Shown in pieces: positions 1 to 13,551 of a DNA stretch of 64,000 bases (position 1 is the stretch's first letter; each line of letters begins with the position of its first letter). The position numbers and the translations under genes were made by a program. The notes below the pieces were generated by a model that made no database searches, had not been told where the DNA came from, and saw only the letters and a list, made by a program, of their open reading frames with translations. The DNA is from Rhizophagus irregularis (Eukaryota): the NCBI RefSeq assembly GCF_026210795.1, contig NC_089432.1, positions 5,022,001-5,086,000 of the forward strand. Reading direction: 5' to 3'.

Positions 1-21
1 TCCCTATGAAAAATTAATATA

Positions 22-39
22 ATTACTGCGGTACTGCGG
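22..39 (+). promoter_or_regulatory. Conserved upstream motif ATTACTGCGGTACTGCGG (G1)
   Basis: Identical 18-mer about 150-215 bp upstream of four paralog ATGs. Confidence 0.6.
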
Positions 40-234
40 CTAATATAGTAGACTTGATGGTCAGAAAAATTTTTTGTTTGGTGATACCTAGCAACATTGT
101 GCGACAAATAATCGGAAAATAAATTGCATAAAATACTTAAAATGGAATTATTTTTGTACGCAATAAATTTTACAACTTTGACCGTTCAATCTTATTGTTT
201 TTAAAAACTATTCTGTCTATTATTATTATTTAAT

Positions 235-2553
235 ATGTCTGATAATAAGCAAATGCAAAATACCGAAAATACAAATGAATGGATTAATTGGATTGAAGAA
301 GCTATTGTTAAAGAACATTTAAAATATTACGAATACAAAGAATTTAGTAACTTTCAAGAAATTGGTACCGGAGGTTTTGGAAAAGTGTATCGTGCAAAGT
401 GGAAAAACTTAGAAAAAAGTTTTGCCTTGAAATCTTTTTTTAGTCTTAATAATATCACTATGAAAGAAATTGTTCGTGAGGTAATTTAATATTATAATTA
501 ATTTTTTTTTTTTACTCTATAATTTTTTAGTATTATTATATTTATTTTAAAAACTTGAATTTATTTAGTTAAAAATTCAACGTGAAGTTGATTTTCATGA
601 TAATATTATTCGTTGCCATGGAATAACAAAATTTGAATCGGGTATTTATATAAAGATACTTTAGTAATAAATATAATCTTTTAAGATTTTATTCACAAAA
701 TTGCATTTCAATAATGATATTTTTTTTTTTAGAAAATCATCTTAATAATAATTATATGTTGGTAATAGAATACGCTGACGGTGGCAGTCTTCGAAATTAT
801 TTAAAGGAAAATTTCGGTGAACTTACCTGGGACGATAAGTACCTTATGGCGTATCAGTTAGCTTGCGCAGTATCATGCTTGCATGATGAGAAGATTATTC
901 ATCGTGACTTGGTAATTATTATTTTAGTCATTTTTAGGTAATTCAATGTTTGTATTTATTCATTTAGCACGCACTCTTTAATAGCACTCTGGCAATATAT
1001 TAGTCCATAAAAACACGATCAAATTAGCGGATTTTGGTCTATCAAAAAGAATTGGAGCATCGTCCAACTTTCAATCTAAATTATTTGGGATGGTTCCTTA
1101 TGTTGATCCAAAAAGTTTTAGCAGACGAAGAAATAATAATCAAATGTTTACATTAAATGAAAAAAGTGATGTTTACAGTGTTGGCGTATTATTATGGGAA
1201 ATTTCTAGTGGACAACCTCCTTTTTATGCTGAAGATGAACATTATGACGTTGGATTAATTTATGACATTTCACAAGGTCATAGAGAAACGGTTGTTCCCG
1301 ACACCCCCGAAGATTATATAAAAATTTATACTAGTAAGTAAAATTAATTTAAATCTAACTAGAGCTATTATTTTAATAAATTTTAAATTATATTTTTAAT
1401 TGTTTTAGAATGTTGGGACGGTGAGCCTGATAATCGACCTACTATTTATCAAGTAGTTGATTGGTTAAAAGCAAAGATTACAAAAACAGATATAATAACG
1501 GAAAATCCTCAATTATCAGATGAACAAGAACTTAATGAGGTTCCTTTAAGCACCAATAATTCAGAATCACAAGGAGATTTATCTCAACTTATCCAAAATT
1601 TTAATAAAATGAATACAAAAGAAATTGATAATATAGTAGTATCAAGTGAGCAAGAGATACTTTTAAATGAAAAGGATTTAAAGGATTTTAACAGAAAAGA
1701 TTTTAGCATTATAGTTGATGAAATAAATGATTTAATTTATAAATTATGTAATAAAGGAATTGAATGGAAATTAGTAAGAGAGCAAGTTATTGAATATTTT
1801 AATAATTATAATACAAATTCACAAGAAATTAATAATTGGTTATTAAATAATCAAAATAATTCAAATTCCATTTTTTTACTTGGATATTTTAATTTTTATG
1901 TAATTGAGACAAGCCGAAATTATGAGAAAGCATTTAAATTATTTATTAATTCATCAGAAAAAAATCATATATTAGCACAATCTTTTGTTGGTGGATGTTA
2001 TCAATATGGAAATGGAACTAAAAAAAATGAAAAGTTAGCTTTTAAATATTTTGAAAAATTAGCTAATAAAAATTTCACACATGGACAACTTAAAATTAGT
2101 TATTGTTATGAAAATGGAATAGGTATTGAAAAAGATTTAAAAAAGGCTTTTTATTGGTATGAAAAAGCCGCAAATAATGGAAATATATTAGCTAAGCATA
2201 ATCTTGGTCTTTGTTATAAAAATGGAAAAGGGGTTGAAAAAGATTATAACAAAGCTTTTGAATTGTTTAAACAATCAGCTGATGGAGGATATTTAGGTGG
2301 AATAACAATGTTAGGAAATTGTTGTTTTTATGGTATTGGAACTAAAATTGACAAGCAAAAAGCATTTGAACTATGTCAAAAATCAGCGAATTTAGGACAA
2401 ATGGTAGGACAATCTAATCTTGCTTTGATGTATGAAAGTGGAAATGGAATTATAAAGGACATGGATAAAGCGATTTATTGGTATGAAAAATCTGCCAAAC
2501 AAGGTTATCAGGATGCACAAAATAGATTAGAAATACTTCAAAAAAATAAATAA
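235..2553 (+). CDS. G1: TKL protein kinase-Sel1 repeat protein (~663 aa), 5 exons: 235-480, 569-641, 733-911, 985-1333, 1409-2553
   Basis: GT-AG introns join the ORF pieces in frame. Motifs [42 protein letters not shown]. About six Sel1 repeats (e.g. [26 protein letters not shown]). No signal peptide or TM segment seen. Confidence 0.92.
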
Positions 2554-3834
2554 TTTATAATAAATTCTTTCTTATTAAATCGTAAAATGTAAATCAATTA
2601 AATCAATTAAATTTGCTAAATTATTTTTTTTTATTTTATAGAATAGTGTATACTAAGATATAATAAATAAAATCTTATCAATATTTATAATCATCCTTAA
2701 GTAATTACAAGTATTTTTTTTTATCAAGTTAATATGTATATTTTTCTTATAAATTAAAATGTCGTTCTAGGATTTACAAAACTCATGAGGGTTTAATTCA
2801 TTTTTCCGAAAATTTAATTGTTAAAATTATTGATGCTTATTTTTTGGCACTATTTTTTGAAATGATCTCATATATGAAAGAAAATACAATGAAGTATGAT
2901 GGTAATTAAGGAAGTGCTTTTTATATTATATAAAGCAAAAAAAAAAATTAATAATTTAGATCTTTTATGTAAAAGAAATATTTTTATAAAATATAAAAAT
3001 ACTTGTATTATAAATCACTTATATTACTGTACGATATTGATTGTTAAGCATTTGTCAACCATATGATGGTAAACTTAAAATCAATGAATACCTGCTTAAA
3101 CTACATCAATCTAAATTTCTCATGATGTTTAAAATAAGAAGCAGAATGATGGCAGTATTGCGATTTTGATGTTTCATTTAATTGTTAATAAGTCGAATAA
3201 AAGAAATACCCGGTTTGTTAGTCTTTAAAAAGGTAACAATAAGTATTTGAGAAATGAAAATGTCACAATGAATCCAGGGTATAGGACTAAACGATCGTCA
3301 TTACTAGCTGGTAACAAAGCAACTGAAAATGTTTTCTATCTTTGAAAATATTAGCTGTTAAGTAAACAACTTGAGAGAAATTGGTAAATTTACGACAATA
3401 TGTTCAAACGTCCTTCACCAATCACCATCTGGTTTTTTAAGCCAATTTATACTCTCAAGTTGAAAATATTATTCTATATATTATTATTATTATCATGGTC
3501 TTGCATTAAATTAATAGATAAGTTCAAACTAACGAGCCCTAGTACAAAGTTTGTGCCACATAACTTATCGATGTTCTCTTTAAACTAATGTATATTTGTA
3601 TGGTTATCATAGTTATCGATAATAGGATATCGAATAATCAACCAACTTCAATTAGAAAATGTACCTAATTATTTATTATTAGACTACTAAAGATATAAGC
3701 TTACATAATTTTGTTTTAAAAATAATTACGCAATATTACCCAAGACCTACTTAAAGACGACATTGATTTTTTTCACATAATAATAATTTATACATTAAAA
3801 ATTCATTACAAATTACTTAATAATTATATAATTA

Positions 3835-4310
3835 TCATATTATATAAGTCATTTTCTGTTCATAAATGTTTATTTATTTCGAGCATCTTGATCTCCTTGT
3901 TTGACTGATTTTTCATATTAAAGTATCGCTTTACCAATATTTTTCGTTACTCCTTGTCCTATTTTAGTTCGTATGATTTTAAAAGATTAGGTATATTGAG
4001 CTGCACTATTTCCTAAATTTGCGACTTTTTGATATTATTCAAATTTCAAATTCATTTTGTCTATCAGTCAAATTGAAATAATATTGAAATGATCTCTGAA
4101 TACTCGATATATACGTATATATATCAGGAAAAAGAAAAAAATACATAGCTGATAATAATTATCTAATATTAAGCGAAAACTAAAAAATTTATGTTTATTT
4201 AGCGGCATAATCTTCTAAAAGTTTGATTATTTTTGATAAACCAATATTTGCTAACTTGATTGTGTTTGATTGACAGGCTCATTGACCAATATATTACTAG
4301 AGTATTATTA
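3835..4310 (-). pseudogene. Relic of G6-type kinase-Sel1 gene (last Sel1 repeats plus a kinase DFG-region remnant)
   Basis: tttatttcgagcatcttgatctccttgttt...gagctgcactatttcctaaattt matches 32806-32943; ttttgataaacc...aacttgat...accaatatattac matches 34212-34267; many indels. Confidence 0.8.
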
Positions 4311-5786
4311 AATAAATATAGTATATATTTTATATAAATACCGTAAATAACATAATTATATAGATAACGATTTGTCATACAATTTCTCCATTATATAACA
4401 TAAGTCCAAAGTCAATTTTAGAATAAATAATGATGTCATCAATTTCACTATATCTATTTGTTTCTTTTAGTGGTCAAAGATAGAGTAGCTAGAGTTATAT
4501 TATTTAAGATTATACAAATTTATTAAAGTACCAAATTTAGTAACAAATTTATATCAATATAATTTTTTAAGTATTTATAATCTACCTATTTAGTCGAAAC
4601 CTCGAAACCAAGCCAATGCGACCCGCCGAAATTTAATCAAAGCTAGATTTTATTTCCAGCTTAGATTTATTAAATCTCTATATTTTCGATTTATTTTTAT
4701 TAATGTTATTCAATTTTTCCTTCTATCTCTTTCATCCTTTGTATCATAAATACATTTCTGATTTTTTCAAATGTGATGTCGTAAAGAGGCGTTAATTATT
4801 AATATTCTCTTGTTTTTTAATGAAAAAAAAAGGTAACATACTCTAAAATTTAAAATGCGAAAAAAAAAATTGAATTGTGTCCTTTAGCAAACAAAATAAA
4901 TAAATTTATTTTATAGATACAGTATATTGAGTGCATAAATTTTGGTATGTATTAGAATCAAAATTTATTTGATACATTTTTTTTAATCTTTTTATGGTTT
5001 ATAATCACACAAATATTTATACTTTTTTTTCGCTTTTTTTTAATATCCATTTAATTTCATACTTTTTATCAATATGATAATGAATTTTTGACTTGGAAAA
5101 TATTTCAAAGCATAGTGATTTTAGCGATAATGATAGTTTGGAATACACTTCTTTTTAATAAGAATTAAATATTTCACCAAAGTTGCATTTTAACATAATA
5201 AATTGACCATATCTGAAAGGTATTTGTATTTTGGAAGGCCAAAAAAAAAGTTCAAGACCGAAAGAAACAGACAATATTATACCATTGTGAAACCGAAAAT
5301 TATATTACTATAAATATATCCAAAATAATGACCTTCGTTACTATATTTTAATGAACATTTAGTCATGATTTAGATCCTTTAGATGATTATTTATGTATTA
5401 ATATGACCTAAGATAATAATAAATTCAGTATTTAGATACGTAAATTATTCTTAATTTTTTTAGTTTATGTAATTAATTTTCGTATCTCTTGTTAACAATA
5501 GTACCAACGCACTGCAGTATGTGGTTCAAATTTGTTTATAAAAAAAGCTGGTTGATACCGTTTTCAATGTTAAAAATGACGAATAGGGCGTTATGAATAG
5601 ACTTTATTAAAGTCTAAAAAATGAGATGCAAAATTGCAAATTATCACGTGATATTTCGTTCATTACTGCGGAATTATCCAATTCTGTCGTTTTTTAATAC
5701 CTTTTGAGTGATTCAAAAATCACGTATAGTTATCTATCGAGAACTTTATTTTATTTATCATAATTCCGTCAAATTATTTATTCACT

Positions 5787-5913
5787 ATGTCCGACCATAT
5801 CAAAATGCAAGATACAGAAAATGCGAATGAATGAATTAATGGATTTGAAGAAATTATTGTTAAAGAACCGATACAGAACAATTTAGTAATTCTCAACAAA
5901 TTAGAATACCTGG
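5787..5913 (+). pseudogene. Relic of exon 1 of a kinase-Sel1 gene
   Basis: atgtccgaccatatcaaaatgcaagatacagaaaatgcgaatgaatga resembles the G2/G7 start, with the Trp codon changed to TGA and deletions; a single ATTACTGCGG lies upstream at 5662. Confidence 0.75.
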
Positions 5914-6529
5914 CGGTATTCACGTGTGATGCTTCAGCGAAAGAAAAATAGGGAATATTACTCACTTTCTAGGTAATTAGTTCAAGTCATTCTGTATCCC
6001 CTCATAGATTCTAATCAATTGAAGATCTGCTGAATCGTTAGAGGTACTATAAAATTTAATTAGGTATATAGAACCTATGTTTTAGTGTTTCCGTGTTTTT
6101 TTCATGTTTTTCATGCATGTCTTTACTTGAATAAAAAATATATATAATAATAATTTTCAATTTACCATTTTATATTGTATTTTTTTTTAAAAAATGTAAA
6201 AAAATAACAATTTTTCGATATTTATTTATTTGAATACCAAGAATAAAAATGATTCCACATATAATTACACACAATTTAATATTGATTTTTTTTTTTAATT
6301 AAAAAAAAAAATTTTTTTTTATTTAATAATTCAAATAGAAAATTTACTTAATAATTCTGTCTATTTTTCTACTCATAAAAATTAATTTATTCGAGCTTCT
6401 TGATTTTCTTATTTGGCCAATATTATCATTCGCTGATCGAGCTGCTAAATATTTTAAAATTTTAATTTAACTTTTTTTCGAACTATACATGTTTAATGAC
6501 ATAATTTTTTTTGGCAATTTAATTACGTA

Positions 6530-6547
6530 ATTACTGCGGTACTGCGG
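6530..6547 (+). promoter_or_regulatory. Conserved upstream motif ATTACTGCGGTACTGCGG (G2)
   Basis: Identical 18-mer in diverged flanks. Confidence 0.6.
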
Positions 6548-6730
6548 TTAATTTCTTATTTGGTAATACTAAATGACAATGTACGACAATTAATCGGAGA
6601 ATAAGTGCATAAAATTTCGTCTATAAATACCGTACATTATATTTTTTATCAAAAAAAAAAAATAAAAAAAAAAATACATTAAATTTTATCTTTTAAAAAC
6701 TTTTATAAAACTTTTCAATCAATTATTATT

Positions 6731-9006
6731 ATGTGTGATAATATCAAAATGCATGATACCGAAAATAAAAATGAATGGATTGATTGGATTAAAGAAGTTA
6801 TTGATAAGGAACATTTAAAATATTATGAATACAAAGAATTTAATAACTTTCAAGAAATTGGTACCGGAAGTTTTGGAAAAGTGTATCGTGCAAATTATAA
6901 AAATTTTGAAAAAAATTTCTCTTTGAAATCTTTTTTTGGTTTAAACAATATCACTATGAAAGGAATCGTTCGTGAGGTAATTTAGTATATATATATATAT
7001 AATATTTATTTATTTGTTTATTTATTTATTTTTTATTATTTTATAATTTATATTCTATTATATTTATTTCATAAACTTTGAATTTATTTTAGTTAAAAAT
7101 TCAACGTGAAATTGATTTTCATGAAAATATTATTCGTTATCATGGAGTAACAAAATTTGAATCAGGTATTTTGAAGTATACAGTACTTTAATGGTTTTTA
7201 TTAACAAAATTGTATATTAATGATTTCTTTTTTTTAGAAAATCGGATCAATGACAATTATATGCTAGTAATGGAATACGCCGACGGTGGTAGTCTTCGAA
7301 ATTATTTAAAGAAAAATTTTAGTAAACTTACCTGGGATGATAAGTACCTTATGGCGTATCAGTTAGCTTCCGCTGTATCATGCTTACATAATAAAGGGAT
7401 TGTCCATCATAACTTGGTAATTTATTTATTATTATTTAATGGTTGTGATAATGTTATATATTCAACTTTGTTTAATTAATATATATATTTTAATAGCACC
7501 CTGGTAATATATTGGTTCATCAAAACACAATCAAATTGGCGGATTTTGGATTATCAAAAAGAAATGGAATATCATCCAATTTTCAATCCAAATTATTTGA
7601 AATGATTCCTTATGTTGAACCAAAAGGTTATAGTGGGAGAACAAATAACAATAATCAAACACGAATACAATCCTTTAATAAGAAAAGTAATGTTTACAGT
7701 ATTGGTGTATTATTTTGGGAAATATCCAGCGGTCAATCTCCTTTTAATGCTAAAGTTGAACAATATGATGTTGGTTTAATTTTGGAAATTTCGCAAGGTC
7801 TTAGAGAGACTGTTATTCCCAACACACCTGAAGAATATACAAAAATTTATACTAGTAAGTATATTTGATTATAATTTGAATATTTATTTCAATAATAAAA
7901 TTAATTAAATTAAATTTTTTTATTTAGAATGTTGGGATGGTGAACCGGATGATCGACCTACCATATACCAAGTAGTAGATTGGTTAAAAGCAATTATTAC
8001 AAAAACAGATGTTAATGAAATCCCTTCAAATACCAATAATTCGGAATCACAAGAATTTATTTCTAGAATTATTCAAAATTTTGACAAAATAAGTCTGAAA
8101 GAAATTGATCCTATAACAATATCAAATGAACGAGAGAAACTTTCATTTGAAAAAGGTTTTGATAAAATAATTGATGAAGTAAATGATTTGATTTTTGAAT
8201 TATTTAATAAAGGAATTATATGGAAATTAGTAAAAGAACAAGTTATTGAATATCTTAATAATTATAATACTAATTCAAAAGAAATTTATAATTGGTTATT
8301 AAATAATCAAGATAATTTAAATTTCACTTTTTTACTTGGATTTTTTAATTATTCAGGAATTGAAACAAAAAAAAATAATGAGAAAGCATTTAAATTATTT
8401 ATTAAAGCATCAGAAAAAGATCATATATTAGCAAAATCTTATATTGGTGAATGTTATCAATATGGATATGGAACTTTAAAAAATGAAAAATTAGCTTTTG
8501 AATATTATCAAAATGTTGCAGATAAAAATTTTACTCATGGACAATTAAAAATTGGATATTTTTATAAAAATGGAAAAGTTATTGAAAAAGATTTAGAAAA
8601 AGCTTTTTATTGGTATAAAAAAGCTTCAAATAATGGAAATATTTTTGCTATGCATAATCTTGGTAATTGTTATTTAAGTGGTGAAGGTATTGAAAAAGAT
8701 TATAATGAAGCTTTTGAATTATTTAATCAATCAGCTGAAGGAGGTTATTCAAGTGGAATGACTTCATTAGCATATTGTTGTTATAATGGTATTGGTACTA
8801 ATGTTGATAAACAAAAAGCATTTGATTTATATCAAAAATCTGCAAATTTAGGTAGTATGACAGCACAATATAGTCTTGGTATTATGTATGAAAATGGAAA
8901 AGGAATTACAAAAGATATAGATAGAGCTATTTATTGGTATGAAAAATCTGCCAAACAAGGTCATCAAAAAGCACAAAAAAGATTAAAAGCACTTCAAAAA
9001 AATTAA
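6731..9006 (+). CDS. G2: TKL pseudokinase-Sel1 repeat protein (~644 aa), exons 6731-6976, 7093-7165, 7238-7416, 7497-7854, 7928-9006
   Basis: Same exon structure with the frame open throughout. Catalytic loop reads HHNL|HPGN instead of HRDLHSGN; subdomain IX reads KSNVYS instead of KSDVYS; DFG and the beta-3 Lys are retained. Confidence 0.85.
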
Positions 9007-9217
9007 TTATTCTTAGAATTTGTTGTAGTTTTTTTTTTAAAAAAAAAATTTACATATATAATGAATATCATGTATATATTTTAAGATAAAGATGGACTTA
9101 ATAGAATTTAACAATCAGTATTTTTAATTATTCTTAGAATTTGTTATAGTTTTTTTTTGAATATCATTGTATTTTAAAATATAATAAAGGTGGTCTTAAT
9201 AGAATTTAACAATCAGT
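9005..9217 (+). repeat. Local imperfect tandem duplication (~100-120 bp x2) just after the G2 stop
   Basis: aattattcttagaatttgtt...gaatatca...cttaatagaatttaacaatcagt occurs at ~9005-9119 and ~9126-9218. Confidence 0.75.
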
Positions 9218-9599
9218 TTTTTTTTTCATTATTAAATAAATAAATATTATTTTCACTTCGAATTACAATGTCATTCTAGGGTTAATAAACTAATCCACAT
9301 CAAATTATTCACAAAATTTAAATTACGGTGGCACTTTGATTTTAATATTTTCAATAAATTTCATTCATCAATATTAATTCTATCGGTGCTGCAATAATGA
9401 AATAAATTTAACCGAAAACTGAAACCAGAAATTCAAGACATAGGATCAGAAAATTATCATTAACGTAGAAAGCGAAATTTGCGAACAATTAGTGTATTTA
9501 TAAAAAATAAATGCTTGAATGATAGACTGATTCAATAATGACGCGTTAGGTTTTCTTCATCAGTGTTTTGTTAAAGCCGATTTAGCCGATTTAATACTA

Positions 9600-10153
9600 T
9601 TTATACTTTTAACTTGCTAATAATGTTATCAATATCTTTTATTTCATTAGCACTTATTGATTAATAAACATGTTCGAGTTAACTATAATCTTTTTTCTAT
9701 AATAATATAAATAATTCGAATACTTTCTCAATTTTTCATTTATTTTAATTCTTAAATAATCAGAATATTTTAATAAAAATATTTGAAACTAAAAATAATT
9801 TTGATTTCTTATTATAAACCAATTGTATATTTCACATAAAATTTATATATCATGATTATAAATATAAATTTAAAAATTTTTTAAATTTATAAACTTTTTT
9901 CCTTTAATCAGTTATTTTAAAAAAATTCTATCCCATTAACTATTGTGATTAATTTCTTTTCAAATATTATTCTTTTATCTAATATTTTATTTTTTTTTTC
10001 AATCTTTTTGTATTTGATTTGATTAAAATAATTGTTCGTTTGAATGATTGAGAAGTCAATTTCCGATAATCACAATTGATCTGTTTTCATAATGAATTCT
10101 TTTAATTTTATATATATCGGTATATGATCATCCTGTCCTCCCAAAATTCTAAT
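9600..10153 (-). pseudogene. Relic of G6-type gene (exon 5 region)
   Basis: Degraded match to ~33300-33840 (ttcgaatactttc...ttttcatttattttaat; taactattgtgattaa; ccaaaattctaat). Confidence 0.7.
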
Positions 10154-10174
10154 AAAATATTCTATAACTAATTG

Positions 10175-11745
10175 TTGGGTCCGTGGCGGAAGATCTCAAT
10201 CATTAAGAGAAACTCTCTCCTGTCGATCCATCAACCAAAAATTTTGCGGAGGAAAAATAGAAGAGAGATATAAAGTATATATACAAACATACATAGATAT
10301 GGAGTCATATTTTGAGCAGAAAGAGCTTCAAGTCAAATTTCTTGAAGAAATAAGCAAGTTTATTAAACATCACTTTAAGAATATGGGAAAACGACAAAGT
10401 CAGCTTCATAAAAAATATAGACCGAGTTTTTAGACAGTTCTACCAACGTAGGAACGATTAAACTTATCGATCCAAATTAAAGAAACAACTAAAAACTAGT
10501 TTTTTTTTTAAAAGAACAAGTTGCTCAGCAAAATTAAGTAGTGAGACAGCCAAACTATTACTGAAGTGTGGTGAAAATATAGCGTATGAGTTAATGTTAT
10601 ATCAGTTAAATAGGACGACAAAACGGCATACTAAAAGGATGGTTTAAGAGAGTCACGTATGAAAAAAAGAAAATTTCATACAAAAAAAAGAGCGAATCAT
10701 ATGGTAAAATCTGGAGTAAAACGGATAGAAAAATTTATGTCAGCAGTAAAGTAAACAGACGTTACAAAAAAGAATATAAACACAAAGTCTAAGTAATAGA
10801 CATTCCATAAGTTTACGATCTCTTTTTTATTATGATATACTAAAAAGATGGGTGTAATTCGTAACATAAGCTCATTTAGAGTTGTAAAGAAAATAAAAAT
10901 TAAAAACTTTATAAATTACAAACTGTAAGAGCAGATATGTGAATTTAAAAAGTTCTTTTGGTGTTATCATGTGGGAGAATTACGTGTGTTAATATAGTGG
11001 GAATACACGCACAGTGGAAAGAGCAGAGAGATCAATAGCAACTAGTGAGGAATGTTGAATACATTTCAAGTTGAGGTAAATTTTACAGAATAATATAAAA
11101 ATTTTCATACAAATTCAACGCAAGCTTTATATAATCGATAAAGTTCAACGGCTAATTACGCGTTGGAGAAATCATTTACAAGAGAATTAAAGTTTGGTTG
11201 ATCTACAAATGTAGGAATTTATCCAAACACTTTAATATAAATTACGTAGTCAAGACGCAATCAATAGAGAAGCAAAGTGAGAGAATACGAGTGGGGATAG
11301 AGATACAGATATAGATATAATGAAGTACTATGAAGATATTATATCGATATTTGATGATGGAGTAGGAAAAATTAATTTTGTTAGGAGGCAATTGACTCAG
11401 AGGATGAATTGTCACCAAAAAGTTTCTTGGTTTAAGAGACATGTACAGTATATCATAAAATGGATGAGAAGGTTGATGAGATCACAAAGACTTAAGATGA
11501 AACAACAAGTAAATTAGATGAAAAGATAAATCAGTGATCGTGATTGAGGATAATCCTACTCCATCTACTCCATCACCGGAACAGACTAAGGGTTTCCGGG
11601 CGACGTATGAAAAAAGCGAAGGAGAGAAAGTCGCAAGAGATGGTAAAGAATCAAGTAACTTCCCGATAAACAAACTACAAACACAATCATCGGACAAGAA
11701 TCACGTGATTCCGGAAACAGAAGAGGTCGTTGATACTATAACAGA
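10175..11745 (+). mobile_element. Decayed coding-like insertion, possibly a retroelement fragment
   Basis: Purine-rich, higher-GC block with broken ORFs between two G6 relics; no diagnostic RT or transposase motif recognised. Confidence 0.3.
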
Positions 11746-11749
11746 TAAA

Positions 11750-12630
11750 CACATAAATTTATTTCATGATTATTAATATAATTTAAAATAATTTTTTTCT
11801 TAATTTAGAATCTTTCCTTGATTCGTTGAATGATACTACCTCTTTAACTATTGTGATTAAAACTTCTTAAATATTATTCTTTTATTTATTGGTATCGTAA
11901 ATTTTATTTCTTTTGTAGAATTCGACTCGCAGTGATCAACTTGATCTATTTCCGTAATGATCTCATTTCACTTGATATATAGTTGGACGATTATCTGGTT
12001 CATCATTCTAATATTAGAAAAAAGAAAGAAATATAAGAAATTATTAAGCGAGAAACCAAAAGATTAATTTTAAATTATTTTCAATTTCTTGGCTCGTATA
12101 TTTGAGTTGACTTTCCTGACTCGTATATTATAGTATTAAGTAATATCAAAAAGAATTAAAAGAATTTTAGATTTAGTATTAAATTCTTTTTACCATCTTG
12201 ACGAAATATTTTACTGTATCAGCCGGCATATCAGGAACACGACCTCTCTAAGATTTTTTGGACATGTCAGTATCATCATGATGTTGATTATTTAGATATA
12301 AAAAGAGGTCGACCACGCCAAGAATAAATTTGTGTTGTGCTACTACTACTATCTTTTCTAAATCTTTGTGGATCAACGTAAGCGTTTGATTTTGATTGTG
12401 GCTAGTTATTTGATGGACTGATATATTATGAGAGTGCTATTGAAATTTAATCGAACGATTATGACGAATTTAAATAGCATGTCGATATTTTTAAATTTAA
12501 ATAAACCAATTTAAATAGTATGAAAAATAATTTACTATTCCTCCACTATTATAGTTTAGGCCAACTGATACGCTAAATTATTTTTATCACATCGAGTAAG
12601 GTTCTTGGATTTTTTGTCTTTAAAATATGC
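11750..12630 (-). pseudogene. Relic of G6-type gene (exons 3-5)
   Basis: atagttggacgattatc, ttattaagcgagaaaccaaaag, aatctttgtggatcaacgtaag, gagagtgcta and gccaactgatacgc match G6 between ~33490 and 34450; frameshifted. Confidence 0.82.
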
Positions 12631-13276
12631 ATGTGCTGTTTTTTTTATACAGTTAAGAAATGCAAAAAGCAGCTAGCATTAATTTATTATCAAATTTATG
12701 TCAATATAAATTTTTAAAAGCGATTTTTTTTAACATTGAAGCAATTGTAGCGTCTAATCGATCAATATCATTAAAGATAAACCACATAATTCTAATTTAA
12801 AGTTTAAACAATATTAAAAATTCTAACTTTATGTACAGTATATTTAACCTATCTGATCTAACCTATCTGCTTAGTTGAAATCAAACCCATTATCATTAAA
12901 TCTACCATATACTACTACCTGAAGTACAACATAAAACCATCAAAAATCGACAACTGAAATAAATGTAATCTAGTGTATTTTTATATTCAGTTATTAAAGT
13001 TAGTATTCTCTAGCTTAGACTTATTAAATGTCTAAAACGTAATTATTCAATATTTGATTTATTTAAATACTAAAAATAATTTCATACAATTTTTTTTAAA
13101 AAAAATGTATTTACATAATAATTCAAAAATAATAAATTATACGTATAAACATACATTTTCTATAATACACTCATATTTGGCATCGTTTTACCAATATTTT
13201 TCGCTAGTGAATTACTAGATATTAAAAAATTTAATTTATCATACATAGTCTGACAAATTTCTTGAGTACATAGAAA

Positions 13277-13392
13277 GGGTGTAACGTAAATTGGCTGAGT
13301 AAATTTGGCTGAGTAACGTAAGGCAACATCTACGAGTAACGTAATTATGCGAATTTTCATTACCTTACTTAGCCAATCTAGCGTTACGCACC
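13277..13392. mobile_element. Small hairpin/MITE immediately upstream of the G3 core promoter
   Basis: Left gtgtaacgtaaattggctgagtaa pairs with right ttacttagccaatctagcgttacgc (imperfect inverted repeat). Confidence 0.6.
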
Positions 13393-13551
13393 GAAGTTTT
13401 TGTTTGGTAATACCTAGCAACACTGTGTGACAATAATCAGAGAAAATACTTTAAATGGAGTTATTTTCGTTACCCGTGCGCAATAAAATTTTACAACTTA
13501 CCGTTCAACTTTATTGTTTTTTAAAACCCTTCCTGTCAATTATTATTAAAT

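Noticed and set aside
235..2553. Treating the separate ORF-track pieces as an operon of small genes
   Set aside because: They are exons joined by GT-AG introns at conserved positions in every copy.
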